48,664 nucleotides of DNA from a virus (lineage: Duplodnaviria; Caudoviricetes): IMG/VR virus record IMGVR_UViG_3300037470_000325, positions 1 through 48,664 of that record; one strand, written 5' to 3'. Positions 17,721 through 26,220 of this stretch are shown piece by piece. Below the pieces are notes generated by a model. It was not told the origin of the DNA and made no database searches. It saw nothing but the letters and a program-made list of their open reading frames with translations. The translations under genes and the position numbers were made by a program. The first letter of the stretch is position 1. Each line of letters opens with the position of its first letter.

Positions 17721-18269
17721 ATGAAACTAGAATCACAAGTATCAAACCTAGAACTATCCAAGAAGCTCAAAGAGTTGGAAGGATACGAGGGCTTGTACGC
17801 TGTTGATCAAGCTGGGGATGTCTACTCGTTGGCAAGAAAAAATGGTATGGGTTCACGAAAGAGAACTAGATTAAGGGCAACAAAAATCTGCAGAGGTTAC
17901 AAATCAGTGACTCTTTGTAAAAACGGAAAACTTCGTTCGTATACAGTTCATCGTCTGGTCGCACAGACCTTTGTGGGAAATTCTAAGGGTTATAAACAAG
18001 TAAATCACAAAGATGGAAATAAGTTAAATAACTCAGTCTCTAATCTTGAATGGTGTGACGCTTCCTACAATCAAAATCACGCTCGTAGGTTGGGCTTGCA
18101 GGGTGGGGAACTTTCAAACACAGCAAAACTTACGACTGAGAGGGTAAGAGATATACGTTCTGCTTATAGCAAAGGTACCACGACGATGAAAAGGTTAGGA
18201 GAGTCATATGGTGTTAATGAACAAACCATTAGTAAGATTATTAACTATAAAACTTGGAAGTATGCTTAG
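17721..18269 (+). CDS. NUMOD4-HNH homing endonuclease
   Basis: GYEGLYAVDQAGDVYS (NUMOD4), VHRLVAQTF...VNHKDGNKLNNSVSNLEW (HNH), C-terminal HTH. Confidence 0.9.
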   Translation: MKLESQVSNLELSKKLKELEGYEGLYAVDQAGDVYSLARKNGMGSRKRTRLRATKICRGYKSVTLCKNGKLRSYTVHRLVAQTFVGNSKGYKQVNHKDGNKLNNSVSNLEWCDASYNQNHARRLGLQGGELSNTAKLTTERVRDIRSAYSKGTTTMKRLGESYGVNEQTISKIINYKTWKYA

Positions 18270-18603
18270 TCTAGAAAAACAGGTTGTGTCTTTAGAGCTT
18301 GCTAAAAAACTGAAGTCTTTGAATGTGGAGCAGGAGAGTTATTTTTACTGGAGAGATTTTGACGAAAACTTAGTGATAGGAAATGAGAATAAAATGACGA
18401 CTCGTATCTCCGCCTTCACAGTCGCAGAGCTTGGGGAGATGTTGAAGAATGTTCGTAACATGAGGCACTTCTACACAAACACAGAACCATTGAGAGAGTG
18501 GTGCTCAATGACCGACAGTGAACGTGAGTATGGAGACACCGAAGCAAACGTCAGAGCCAAAATGCTTTGCTACTTACTAGAAAATAAACTCATAACCCCA
18601 TGA
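18262..18603 (+). CDS. Hypothetical phage protein (probable target gene of the upstream HNH insertion)
   Basis: Starts MLSLEKQVVSLELAKKLKSL, which is paralogous to the first 19 aa of the HNH ORF. Confidence 0.65.
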   Translation: MLSLEKQVVSLELAKKLKSLNVEQESYFYWRDFDENLVIGNENKMTTRISAFTVAELGEMLKNVRNMRHFYTNTEPLREWCSMTDSEREYGDTEANVRAKMLCYLLENKLITP

Positions 18604-18663
18604 CACCACAGACCATAGAAGAGAGGAGATTAAAAGAATTATTAGAGGGTTAACGAATTTATT

Positions 18664-19056
18664 ATGAACGATACTATTGCAACTTGGATTATGGGTATGG
18701 TGTTAGTGGTAATTTCAGTAGCGTTATTGGGCGGGTTTGTGTGGGGCTGGAAGTCTTTTAAGGTGTGGAGTGCGGGGCAAGACGGAAAGGCGGAACTCGC
18801 ACAAGCACAGTACAACAGGCAGATTGCGATTGAGGAGGCACAAGCAAATCTTGAGGCGGAAAAACTGAACGCTTTGGCAGAAGTTGAGAGGGCAAAAGGT
18901 GCGTCGGAAGCCATTGAGATTGAGGGTGGTTCGCTAACTGAAAGATATATCCAGTATCTATGGGTAAGAAGCAACAGCTTTAATCAAGCAACCACAATTT
19001 ATGTCCCAACAGAAACAAACTTGCCGATACTAGAAGCCACAAGATTAAATCCTTAA
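18664..19056 (+). CDS. Membrane protein with SPFH/band-7-like coiled-coil tail
   Basis: N-terminal TM; AEVERAKG...YIQYLW...IYVPTETNLPILEA. Confidence 0.6.
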   Translation: MNDTIATWIMGMVLVVISVALLGGFVWGWKSFKVWSAGQDGKAELAQAQYNRQIAIEEAQANLEAEKLNALAEVERAKGASEAIEIEGGSLTERYIQYLWVRSNSFNQATTIYVPTETNLPILEATRLNP

Positions 19057-19076
19057 AAGAATTATTAGGAGAATAG
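19053..19076 (+). repeat. Boundary repeat A (24 bp), copy 1
   Basis: TTAAAAGAATTATTAGGAGAATAG is identical at 20533-20556, with a partial copy at 18627-18645. Confidence 0.9.
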
Positions 19077-19079
19077 GAT

Positions 19080-19310
19080 ATGAACTGGAACGCACTAAAA
19101 AACTACAAATGTCCAAAAGACGGCGCAGTGCTTAAAGACATTGGGCACTACCACGCCTGCACAAAGTGCATATTCTCAATCAATAAAGAAAAGTTTGACT
19201 CTATTGTGTCTGATAAATACACGAAACGCAGAGAGCCGACACAAGAAGAAAAACTTTCGGAATTAAACAATCTTGGTCGTAAGGAAGTTAGCGAGAGCTT
19301 TTTTAATTAA
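19080..19310 (+). CDS. Zn-ribbon hypothetical protein
   Basis: CPKD...CTKC; flanked by repeats A and B. Confidence 0.6.
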   Translation: MNWNALKNYKCPKDGAVLKDIGHYHACTKCIFSINKEKFDSIVSDKYTKRREPTQEEKLSELNNLGRKEVSESFFN

Positions 19311-19332
19311 CAGCGATATTAGAGGAGTAGAT
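19305..19332 (+). repeat. Boundary repeat B (28 bp), copy 1
   Basis: AATTAACAGCGATATTAGAGGAGTAGAT is identical at 21170-21197. Confidence 0.9.
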
Positions 19333-19618
19333 GATAAACAAAGGATTACCACCAGACCACCACGAACCTGTAGGCACTAACTTATTTACAGCAGAGCAAA
19401 CTACAGAAATGCTAACGGAAATAGCAAAAGACGAGATTGAACAAGCCCTCTCCCAAGCCTACGAACAAGGAAAGAACACTAAGGGCAGTGCGTGGCGAGA
19501 GGGGTATCAGAGGGGGAGGGAAGAGGTAAGAGAGTTTATTAAGAACAATTGGAGTACACATCTTGGGGGGAACTCTATTATTTCAGCTGACGAGCTTCTG
19601 ATGTTTTTAGAAGAATGA
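19331..19618 (+). CDS. Hypothetical protein
   Basis: 95 aa; its GAGGAG ribosome-binding site is supplied by repeat B. Confidence 0.55.
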   Translation: MINKGLPPDHHEPVGTNLFTAEQTTEMLTEIAKDEIEQALSQAYEQGKNTKGSAWREGYQRGREEVREFIKNNWSTHLGGNSIISADELLMFLEE

Positions 19619-19941
19619 GACCCATACCACCAAAACTTAGAGAGGAGATGGCCGAGGATCAGTGGTACAAGTCCTGTTGCCTTTCTTATTTGGGAGGGTG
19701 TGAGGGCAAGATAGACTGGCACCACCACTTGATTTACGCCGGACGGCAAGTTAATGAGAAGTTTGCAATTCTGCCTTTATGTCAGGTCCACCACAAACAG
19801 GCCAACAATCAGGAGGTCCGGGAACGCCTTGATCTTATTATGATTGCCCGGGGTAAGGACAAGCTCAATTTATACTCCAAAGCCATAGACTGGGGCCAAA
19901 GATTTGAATATTTAAGCAAGAAGTTTTCCACTACCAATTAG
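19615..19941 (+). CDS. HNH-like Zn-binding nuclease (Ref/DUF968-like)
   Basis: CC...C...DWHH...ILPLCQVHH. Confidence 0.55.
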   Translation: MRPIPPKLREEMAEDQWYKSCCLSYLGGCEGKIDWHHHLIYAGRQVNEKFAILPLCQVHHKQANNQEVRERLDLIMIARGKDKLNLYSKAIDWGQRFEYLSKKFSTTN

Positions 19942-19991
19942 CGATAGGTATGGTAGTATTTAAGGGTGTTTATTAGTTAATCTTCATAGTC

Positions 19992-20069
19992 ATGACAGAA
20001 GACGAAAAAGAGGTTCCCGGAGAAGATGCTCCTGTCGATGTTGATGGTGAGGAGGAAGAGACCGCGTAA
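19992..20069 (+). CDS. 25-aa acidic peptide
   Basis: MTEDEKEVPGEDAPVDVDGEEEETA, downstream of the promoter-like motif at 19942-19959. Confidence 0.35.
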   Translation: MTEDEKEVPGEDAPVDVDGEEEETA

Positions 20070-20184
20070 TGCGGAGCCAGGATTCTGTCCTGGCAAGGGG
20101 GCGTGAATGAGGTAGTGGTAAGGGGGTTTGTCTTTTCACCTCCTCCGCTCGTAAGTAATCCATAAAGCCTCATTCCCCCTTGTC

Positions 20185-20556
20185 ATGATTGAATTAACAT
20201 TAACAGGCGAGACACCTAGTAAAAAGAATAGCAAGCGGTGGATCAAGCGAGGTCAGAAGACCTTTCTAGTTCCATCGGACAATTATGAGAATTGGGAGAT
20301 TGAGAAGTCCTTTGAGTTGGTGAACATCGGTTCAGTAAAAGGCTGTTGCACGATTGAGATGACCTTTTTCACTGGTACTAAGAGGAGAGGAGATCTCGAC
20401 AACAAAGCAACCAGTATTCTGGATTTACTGAAGAAGTACGAGGTCATTGAGGACGATAATTGGTGGGTTGTGTCGAAACTTATTCTGATGTTTGGCGGAG
20501 TTGATAGAAAAAATCCACGCGTTGAGGTTAGATTAAAAGAATTATTAGGAGAATAG
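20185..20556 (+). CDS. rusA: RusA-like Holliday junction resolvase
   Basis: TPSKKNS, RRGDLDNKATSILDLL, IEDDN and NPRVEV motifs. Confidence 0.8.
   Translation: MIELTLTGETPSKKNSKRWIKRGQKTFLVPSDNYENWEIEKSFELVNIGSVKGCCTIEMTFFTGTKRRGDLDNKATSILDLLKKYEVIEDDNWWVVSKLILMFGGVDRKNPRVEVRLKELLGE
20533..20556 (+). repeat. Boundary repeat A, copy 2
   Basis: Identical to 19053-19076. Confidence 0.9.
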
Positions 20557-20566
20557 CAAAAACAAT

Positions 20567-21175
20567 ATGAAAGCATCAGTAATAACAATGGACAAAGAAG
20601 AAGCCAAGGAGCATTACAAAGAGTATCTTGCCGCCACAAAGGTCCGCAAAGAGAAATATGTAAAAGAGTTGAAAGACCTTTATAGGCATCTCTCAGAAGG
20701 GGCAAAAGTTATAGACATCTATGAGGTGTTTAAGAATTGCGAGAAAGGTGAGTCGGGAGAACCGAAGATTGCTATTGCTCCAGCATCTTATAAAGAGATT
20801 GAACTACGGAAAGAAGATAGGGGAAGAGCAAGATTTACCGAACCAGGTAACTGGAACGGAATGGTTGCCGATGTAAGTTTGCCAGAAGGCACGTTCATTT
20901 GGGAAGTTGAAACAGAAAAAACAGAGTGGGGTGAAAGAGAAGATATTGTTAGGAAAAGAGTTAGAACGAAAGTGCCTGTTATCCCAGCTCTCTTAATACC
21001 TGAAAGCAAATCATTGGACGGGTACTACATCTTATTTGAAGTGGATGAGTGGAATGAAGTTCCTGCAACTAAAGACCCCTACCTTTTGAAAAGAATCAAC
21101 GCCAACGCTTTTGTAGTTTTGGCTGAATGGTATGTGTCAGAAGTGGAGCTTGCGGTGATGAGAGGTGTAAATTAA
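20567..21175 (+). CDS. Hypothetical protein
   Basis: 202 aa with KDPYLLKRI...VLAEW; flanked by repeats A and B. Confidence 0.6.
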   Translation: MKASVITMDKEEAKEHYKEYLAATKVRKEKYVKELKDLYRHLSEGAKVIDIYEVFKNCEKGESGEPKIAIAPASYKEIELRKEDRGRARFTEPGNWNGMVADVSLPEGTFIWEVETEKTEWGEREDIVRKRVRTKVPVIPALLIPESKSLDGYYILFEVDEWNEVPATKDPYLLKRINANAFVVLAEWYVSEVELAVMRGVN

Positions 21176-21197
21176 CAGCGATATTAGAGGAGTAGAT
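21170..21197 (+). repeat. Boundary repeat B, copy 2
   Basis: Identical to 19305-19332. Confidence 0.9.
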
Positions 21198-21226
21198 ATG
21201 GCACAAAATGGTTGAGGTTAAAATAT

Positions 21227-21466
21227 ATGAGACGAAATAAACTAGAGAAGAAGATAAAGATCGGTCAGCAGTTTTTGAACGGCTTTTCTGATGCCATAAA
21301 TAAGCACGACACCGTTCAGGTCGAGGGCTTTGGGGAGTTTAGCCTTGTTGAACGCGGAGGTTATAAGACATTTATCCCGGGTACAGATAGGCAGATTAAG
21401 ATTAAGAAGAACCGGACGATTTCTTTCCGGCCCTCGGAGGCAATTAAGAGAATCCTAAATGGTTAG
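21227..21466 (+). CDS. HU/IHF-family DNA-binding protein
   Basis: VQVEGFGEFSLVER...IPGT...I...ISFRPSEAIKRILN. Confidence 0.8.
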   Translation: MRRNKLEKKIKIGQQFLNGFSDAINKHDTVQVEGFGEFSLVERGGYKTFIPGTDRQIKIKKNRTISFRPSEAIKRILNG

Positions 21467-22148
21467 TTTTGACGACAAATGGAAGGAGGAGAGAGAGCCT
21501 AAGCTCTACACTCCACTTACGCCCAAGACTCAGAGGCAGTTCTTTTACCGGAAGTATTGGGAGACTATGCTCCCTTATTTACCTGAGAATGCTTCCCGGA
21601 TACTTGAGATCGGTTGTGGAAGGGCCACGCTTACAGAGTATCTTTTAAACCACTATCCAGGATCTACGGCTGTCTTGGTTGATGAGAGCGAAGAGGCTTT
21701 AAAGATTGCTCGTAAGAACTTATGGTTCTTCGGGAAAAGGTGTCACTTTTACAAAGCAAGTGCCGTAGATTCACTTTATCCTTTCAAGTACGGAGAGGTC
21801 GACATTGTGGTTTCTATGGGTGTCATCGAGCATCTTAGTCCTATTGATCAGGACTTGTTTATGAGCGAGAGCCGGCGAGTGGGGAAGAATGTGTTTTGCT
21901 TTGATGTATATCGCAATAAGAATGTTTTCAGTCGAGATAGATACGAAAGGCACAACACTAGCATTCCTAATGACAAATGTTTGAATCCTTATCCGCTTTT
22001 CCACGTACCTTTGTGGTTGGATCGAGTCATCACGAAGGTATATTTGTTTTTAGACAGGTTTATCAGCTTCGATAATAAGTTTGAGTTATGCCAAACAAGA
22101 CTTTCAGTTTTCCGAAGATATCAGCCGAGGCCGGCAAGAATTTTATAA
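21459..22148 (+). CDS. Class I SAM-dependent methyltransferase (first gene of the neu cluster)
   Basis: ILEIGCGRA, LVDES, DIVVSMGVIEH. Overlaps neuB. Confidence 0.8.
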   Translation: MVSFDDKWKEEREPKLYTPLTPKTQRQFFYRKYWETMLPYLPENASRILEIGCGRATLTEYLLNHYPGSTAVLVDESEEALKIARKNLWFFGKRCHFYKASAVDSLYPFKYGEVDIVVSMGVIEHLSPIDQDLFMSESRRVGKNVFCFDVYRNKNVFSRDRYERHNTSIPNDKCLNPYPLFHVPLWLDRVITKVYLFLDRFISFDNKFELCQTRLSVFRRYQPRPARIL

Positions 22149-22978
22149 TCAACGATCACCCCACGATCGCGCAGTGCTTGGACGAAGCCAAGAACCTGGC
22201 CCGAGTTGCCAAAGAGTCAGGGGCTGATGCCGTGAAGTTCCAGACTCACGTCTTTGATGATGAGCAGAATAAACGCGCTCCCGTCCGGTATGAATGGATT
22301 ACTCTAAATGAGTCGGTTACTCCTTACGATGAGTTCTGGCTTCCTTTGAAGAAGTATTGCGATGAAATAGGGATCACTTTTATGACAACCCCGATGTCGC
22401 GCGATGCTGCTATTAAGGTGAATGACTTGGTTACGGTCTGGAAAGTGGGATCTGCTGATGTTACCGATTTGGACTTGCTCACATACTTAGCTGAAACCAA
22501 GAAGCCTGTCATTCTTTCAACGGGGATGAGTACTTTGGATCAGATAGTTAGCGCTTTCAATATCTTAAAGAATCAGCCTTTGGTCTTGGCTCATTGTGTT
22601 TCCATTTACCCACTTCCGATCGGTAAGGCTAATCTGTGGAGGATTAAGCATCTTAGTGAGCTGTTCGATGTTATGGTCGGGTTCTCGGACCACACCACCT
22701 GGCCTAAGACTCCCTACTACGCTATCAAAGCCGGAGCTTACTTCATTGAGAAGCACTTTACCTTTGACCGCGGAGCCGTTGGTCCGGATCATAGGATATC
22801 TCTCGAGCCAAAGGAGTTCAAGCAGATGGTCGGACACATTAACGAGGCTGTTTTAGAGGAGCAGATAAACTTTAAACCTGACTTTCAAGAACAGAAATTG
22901 CTTGAACCTCAACAAGAAGAGATCGCTTACTGGACTAATTTCAGAGCAAATGAGACTGATATTTCCGGCAACGAATAG
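22088..22978 (+). CDS. neuB: N-acetylneuraminate/nonulosonate synthase (NeuB family), lacking the C-terminal SAF/antifreeze-like domain
   Basis: GADAVKFQT, KVGSAD, KPVILSTGM, HCVSIYP, GFSDHT, IEKHFT, GPDH. Confidence 0.93.
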   Translation: MPNKTFSFPKISAEAGKNFIINDHPTIAQCLDEAKNLARVAKESGADAVKFQTHVFDDEQNKRAPVRYEWITLNESVTPYDEFWLPLKKYCDEIGITFMTTPMSRDAAIKVNDLVTVWKVGSADVTDLDLLTYLAETKKPVILSTGMSTLDQIVSAFNILKNQPLVLAHCVSIYPLPIGKANLWRIKHLSELFDVMVGFSDHTTWPKTPYYAIKAGAYFIEKHFTFDRGAVGPDHRISLEPKEFKQMVGHINEAVLEEQINFKPDFQEQKLLEPQQEEIAYWTNFRANETDISGNE

Positions 22979-23837
22979 GGTTCACAGATCACGCCAAGCC
23001 ATGCTCATTACCGAGCTCAAGGAGCTTTTTGAGGTTAAGGTTCTTGATATCGAACCACGATTTGATCTCTCTGTTCCCTACCAAGGACTTCACTACTACT
23101 CTGAGTTCAATCGAGAGGTCGGAGAGTATGATGTGGTGATTATCAGGGGTGATCGCTATGAGATGCTCCCGGTGGCCACGGCTGCGCTCTACAACGGCAA
23201 GACTATTGTCCACATCGAGGGAGGAGATGTGTCCGGGGTTATAGATAACAAGGTCCGGCACGCCATCACGCAGATTTCTGATATTCATTTTGCCACCAAC
23301 AAGTACTCCTACTCTCGCCTTATCTCAATGGGTACGGATCCTGACAAGACCTTTAACTTTGGGTCGCTTGATGTGGAGTATGCGAAGTCAGTTCCTATTA
23401 TCGAAGGCAACGCCCATGTGCTGGTTTGCTTTCATCCTATTCCTGGAGAGAACGGCGAAGCAATCAAACACGCTGACTTTAGCGGTAAACAGGTGATCCA
23501 TATCAAATCTAATAACGACAATGGAAAGTCCACCGGATCCGAAGAGTATCCCTCTGATGAGTATGTGAAGCTTCTTGCAAGCGCCGATCTCTTGGTCGGG
23601 AACTCCAGCTCTTTCCTTAAGGAGGCTTCTATCTTTGGCACGCCTGTGGTTCTGGTCGGAGAGAGACAGAACGGTCGGCTTCTTCCAAGGAATGTGATGA
23701 AAGTTCCACACAACCGCGATGCTGTTCGCGTAGCTGTGGAGTATCAGATGAACCACGGCCGTTACAAGCCCGACAATATTTATTATCAGCCCAATACAAG
23801 TAAGCACATAGCGCAAAAGCTTAAAGAACTATTATGA
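22950..23837 (+). CDS. neuC: Hydrolysing UDP-GlcNAc 2-epimerase (NeuC family)
   Basis: GDRYE, HIEGG, DNKVRHAIT, FHP, VGNSSS, GERQNGR. Start taken at ATG 22950. Confidence 0.9.
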   Translation: MRLIFPATNRVHRSRQAMLITELKELFEVKVLDIEPRFDLSVPYQGLHYYSEFNREVGEYDVVIIRGDRYEMLPVATAALYNGKTIVHIEGGDVSGVIDNKVRHAITQISDIHFATNKYSYSRLISMGTDPDKTFNFGSLDVEYAKSVPIIEGNAHVLVCFHPIPGENGEAIKHADFSGKQVIHIKSNNDNGKSTGSEEYPSDEYVKLLASADLLVGNSSSFLKEASIFGTPVVLVGERQNGRLLPRNVMKVPHNRDAVRVAVEYQMNHGRYKPDNIYYQPNTSKHIAQKLKELL

Positions 23838-24439
23838 AATACGCAGGATTAATCACAGCCCGAGGGGGAAGCAAGAGGCTCCCGGGTAAGAACATAAAAC
23901 CTCTTGATGGTATTCCGCTTTTACACTATACCGCAAAGGCAGCGTTTGATTCTAAGGTGGATTTGGTTGCTTTATCTACTGATGATGTGGAGATCAGTAG
24001 CGTTATGAGGAAGTTTGCTAACACTTCTCGTTATGAGTTTATCTTTAGGCCTCCCCACTTGGCTGAGGACGACACTAAGCATTTGCCGGTCATACTGCAC
24101 GCCTTGTTCAGGCTTAGGGATTTCGCCCACAGACCTGATGCCATTGTTCTTTTACAGCCTACTAGTCCTTTCCGGACTGCCGAGCATATAAACGAAGCGA
24201 TAGAGGTCTTTGAGCGCTCTGGTAAGGACACGCTGATTTCGGTTGATAAGAACGACCACCGGAACGGAGCTATCTACATTATGAAGACTGAGATGCTTAT
24301 GTCAGATCAGCCCTACATCCACACTTTCAATAGTTCAGTCCGGTTCGTCATGGATGATTTCGCCAGTATCAACATCGACACTCTCGAGGACTTTGAGAGA
24401 GCCGAAAATGCATTAAAAGCTAAACTTGCAATGGTATGA
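23834..24439 (+). CDS. neuA: CMP-nonulosonate synthetase (acylneuraminate cytidylyltransferase)
   Basis: ARGGSKRLPGKNIK, LLQPTSPFR, NGAIY, NIDTLEDF. Confidence 0.93.
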   Translation: MKYAGLITARGGSKRLPGKNIKPLDGIPLLHYTAKAAFDSKVDLVALSTDDVEISSVMRKFANTSRYEFIFRPPHLAEDDTKHLPVILHALFRLRDFAHRPDAIVLLQPTSPFRTAEHINEAIEVFERSGKDTLISVDKNDHRNGAIYIMKTEMLMSDQPYIHTFNSSVRFVMDDFASINIDTLEDFERAENALKAKLAMV

Positions 24440-25134
24440 TGAGTCACTTAGTTATAGGAATGGGGGAGGTTGGTCGTGCAATTAGAAATATCTTGAAAGA
24501 TAGTGGGGATGTTGTTAGATGTTATGACACTAGGGAGTCAGACGACCTAGATGTGTGGCATTTTACTGATAATCTACATATTTGCTTCCCCTATTCTGAA
24601 GATTTCATAGCACATGTGAAAAAATATGCAGAAACAAGTTCAGCAGGGCTAGTGATTATCCACTCCACCGTTCCTGTCGGAACTACCGATGGCCTTAACG
24701 ATGAGTTAGATAATAGGGTTGTTCACTCTCCTATTCGCGGAGTACATCCAAACCTTGAGGAGGGCATAAGGACATTCATGAAGTTCTTTGGAGGCCCACA
24801 GGCAAGAAAGGCTGCGGACATCTTTCTGAAGCACGATATCCGAGTTTCTATTACCTCAAACGCATGCAACACAGAGGCTATGAAGCTTTGGGACACCGAG
24901 CAATACCGCCGGTTTATCCTGTTAAACAAGGAGATCAAGGATTATTGTGAGAAGAATGGCCTTGATTTTGACATTGTTTATACCAAGGCAAATGAAAGCT
25001 ATAACCAAGGGTACAAGAAGCTTGGCATGGAGCACGTTATCAGACCTAACCTTTACTGGATGCCCGGTCCGATCGGAGGGCATTGTGTAGAGCCTAACCA
25101 TAAATTGCTTTATGAAGATCCAGATACTCAGTGA
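24436..25134 (+). CDS. UDP-glucose/GDP-mannose dehydrogenase-family protein (short; no C-terminal domain)
   Basis: GMGEVG Rossmann motif, HSTVPVGTT, HSP, EAMKL, GGHCV with the catalytic Cys. Confidence 0.8.
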   Translation: MMSHLVIGMGEVGRAIRNILKDSGDVVRCYDTRESDDLDVWHFTDNLHICFPYSEDFIAHVKKYAETSSAGLVIIHSTVPVGTTDGLNDELDNRVVHSPIRGVHPNLEEGIRTFMKFFGGPQARKAADIFLKHDIRVSITSNACNTEAMKLWDTEQYRRFILLNKEIKDYCEKNGLDFDIVYTKANESYNQGYKKLGMEHVIRPNLYWMPGPIGGHCVEPNHKLLYEDPDTQ

Positions 25135-25948
25135 TTCATATTCCCCGGAGGCTCTGAAGATGTACGAGGAAGCCGGCTTTGATGTGTGGACCACACCTTT
25201 CTATCACGCCCCACATGCTGTTATTACGCGCCTGGAGCCTGTTTGGGCCGAGGATATGCCCCTTACGGTGCGTTTGGTGGCCTCAAGCACCACAGGAGAC
25301 AACCACATTGACCGAGAGGGTTTGGCTAAGCGAGGGATTAAGGTGGTCACGCTAAGGGATTGTGATTGGAATAAGGTGTCAGAGATAACCAGTACCGCAG
25401 AGCATACGGTCGCGCTTACTCTCGCTCTCTTAAGGAACTTCCACACCATATCAAAAGGGGAAACTCGCCGGGAATTATTAACAGGCCGCGAATTGAGCAG
25501 AATGAAATGTGGTATAATAGGATTCGGAAGAGTAGGTAAGATGGTCGCGAATCTTCTCGCCGGCTTTGGAGTCTACTTCAGGGTCTTTGATAAGGGGGAC
25601 GAAGTGGACTATGACGGGATGGACATTGTTTTTCTGCATGTTCCTCTCGATGGTAACAAGGGAATGATTGCTGAACGAGAGTTCAGTAAGATGAAAGACG
25701 GAGTTTATATAATAAATACCAGCCGGGCAGAGGTGGTAGATGAGGGGGATCTGATAAAGGCGCTCGATTCAGGAAAGATTGCGGGCTACGCCTCGGACTT
25801 CCCAATAGAATCGCTTAAATCGCATCCTAAGTGTCTGTTTACACCCCATATCGGGGGAAACACGGTCGAAGGCATGAGGAAAGCCGAGTGCGCATTAGCA
25901 GAGAAAGTCATAGATATTTTAAATGAAAAGAATTCCACACAAGGTTAA
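25112..25948 (+). CDS. D-isomer-specific 2-hydroxyacid dehydrogenase (SerA/LdhA-like)
   Basis: TAEHT, GIIGFGRVG, LHVPL, INTSRA, TPHIGG. Confidence 0.9.
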   Translation: MKIQILSDSYSPEALKMYEEAGFDVWTTPFYHAPHAVITRLEPVWAEDMPLTVRLVASSTTGDNHIDREGLAKRGIKVVTLRDCDWNKVSEITSTAEHTVALTLALLRNFHTISKGETRRELLTGRELSRMKCGIIGFGRVGKMVANLLAGFGVYFRVFDKGDEVDYDGMDIVFLHVPLDGNKGMIAEREFSKMKDGVYIINTSRAEVVDEGDLIKALDSGKIAGYASDFPIESLKSHPKCLFTPHIGGNTVEGMRKAECALAEKVIDILNEKNSTQG

Positions 25949-26220
25949 GAAGATGATTATGAAAGGTAGGCCAGCAAAACCTGCCCAAGAGATAGCCTCT
26001 GATATTGCCAAGAAGTTCAGAGAGAAGAACAGCGGTAAGCGCCCTGTCTAATTATTGTTCCTTAAGAGATGGGAGAGGGCCTTGTACTGATGGCACAAGC
26101 GAGTTCACCGCATATAGAGCCGGCTTCATCAGCTAACAAATTTCTAAAAGGAAGGTTACAACAAATCACTCTTGCTCTATATGCTCCCATCTTTTAGTGA
26201 ATAATTAATACCAAAACCCC

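Noticed and set aside
21459-25948. Legionaminic or pseudaminic acid pathway
   Set aside because: No dehydratase, aminotransferase or N-acetyltransferase is encoded in the genome. It would be possible only if the host supplies the precursor.
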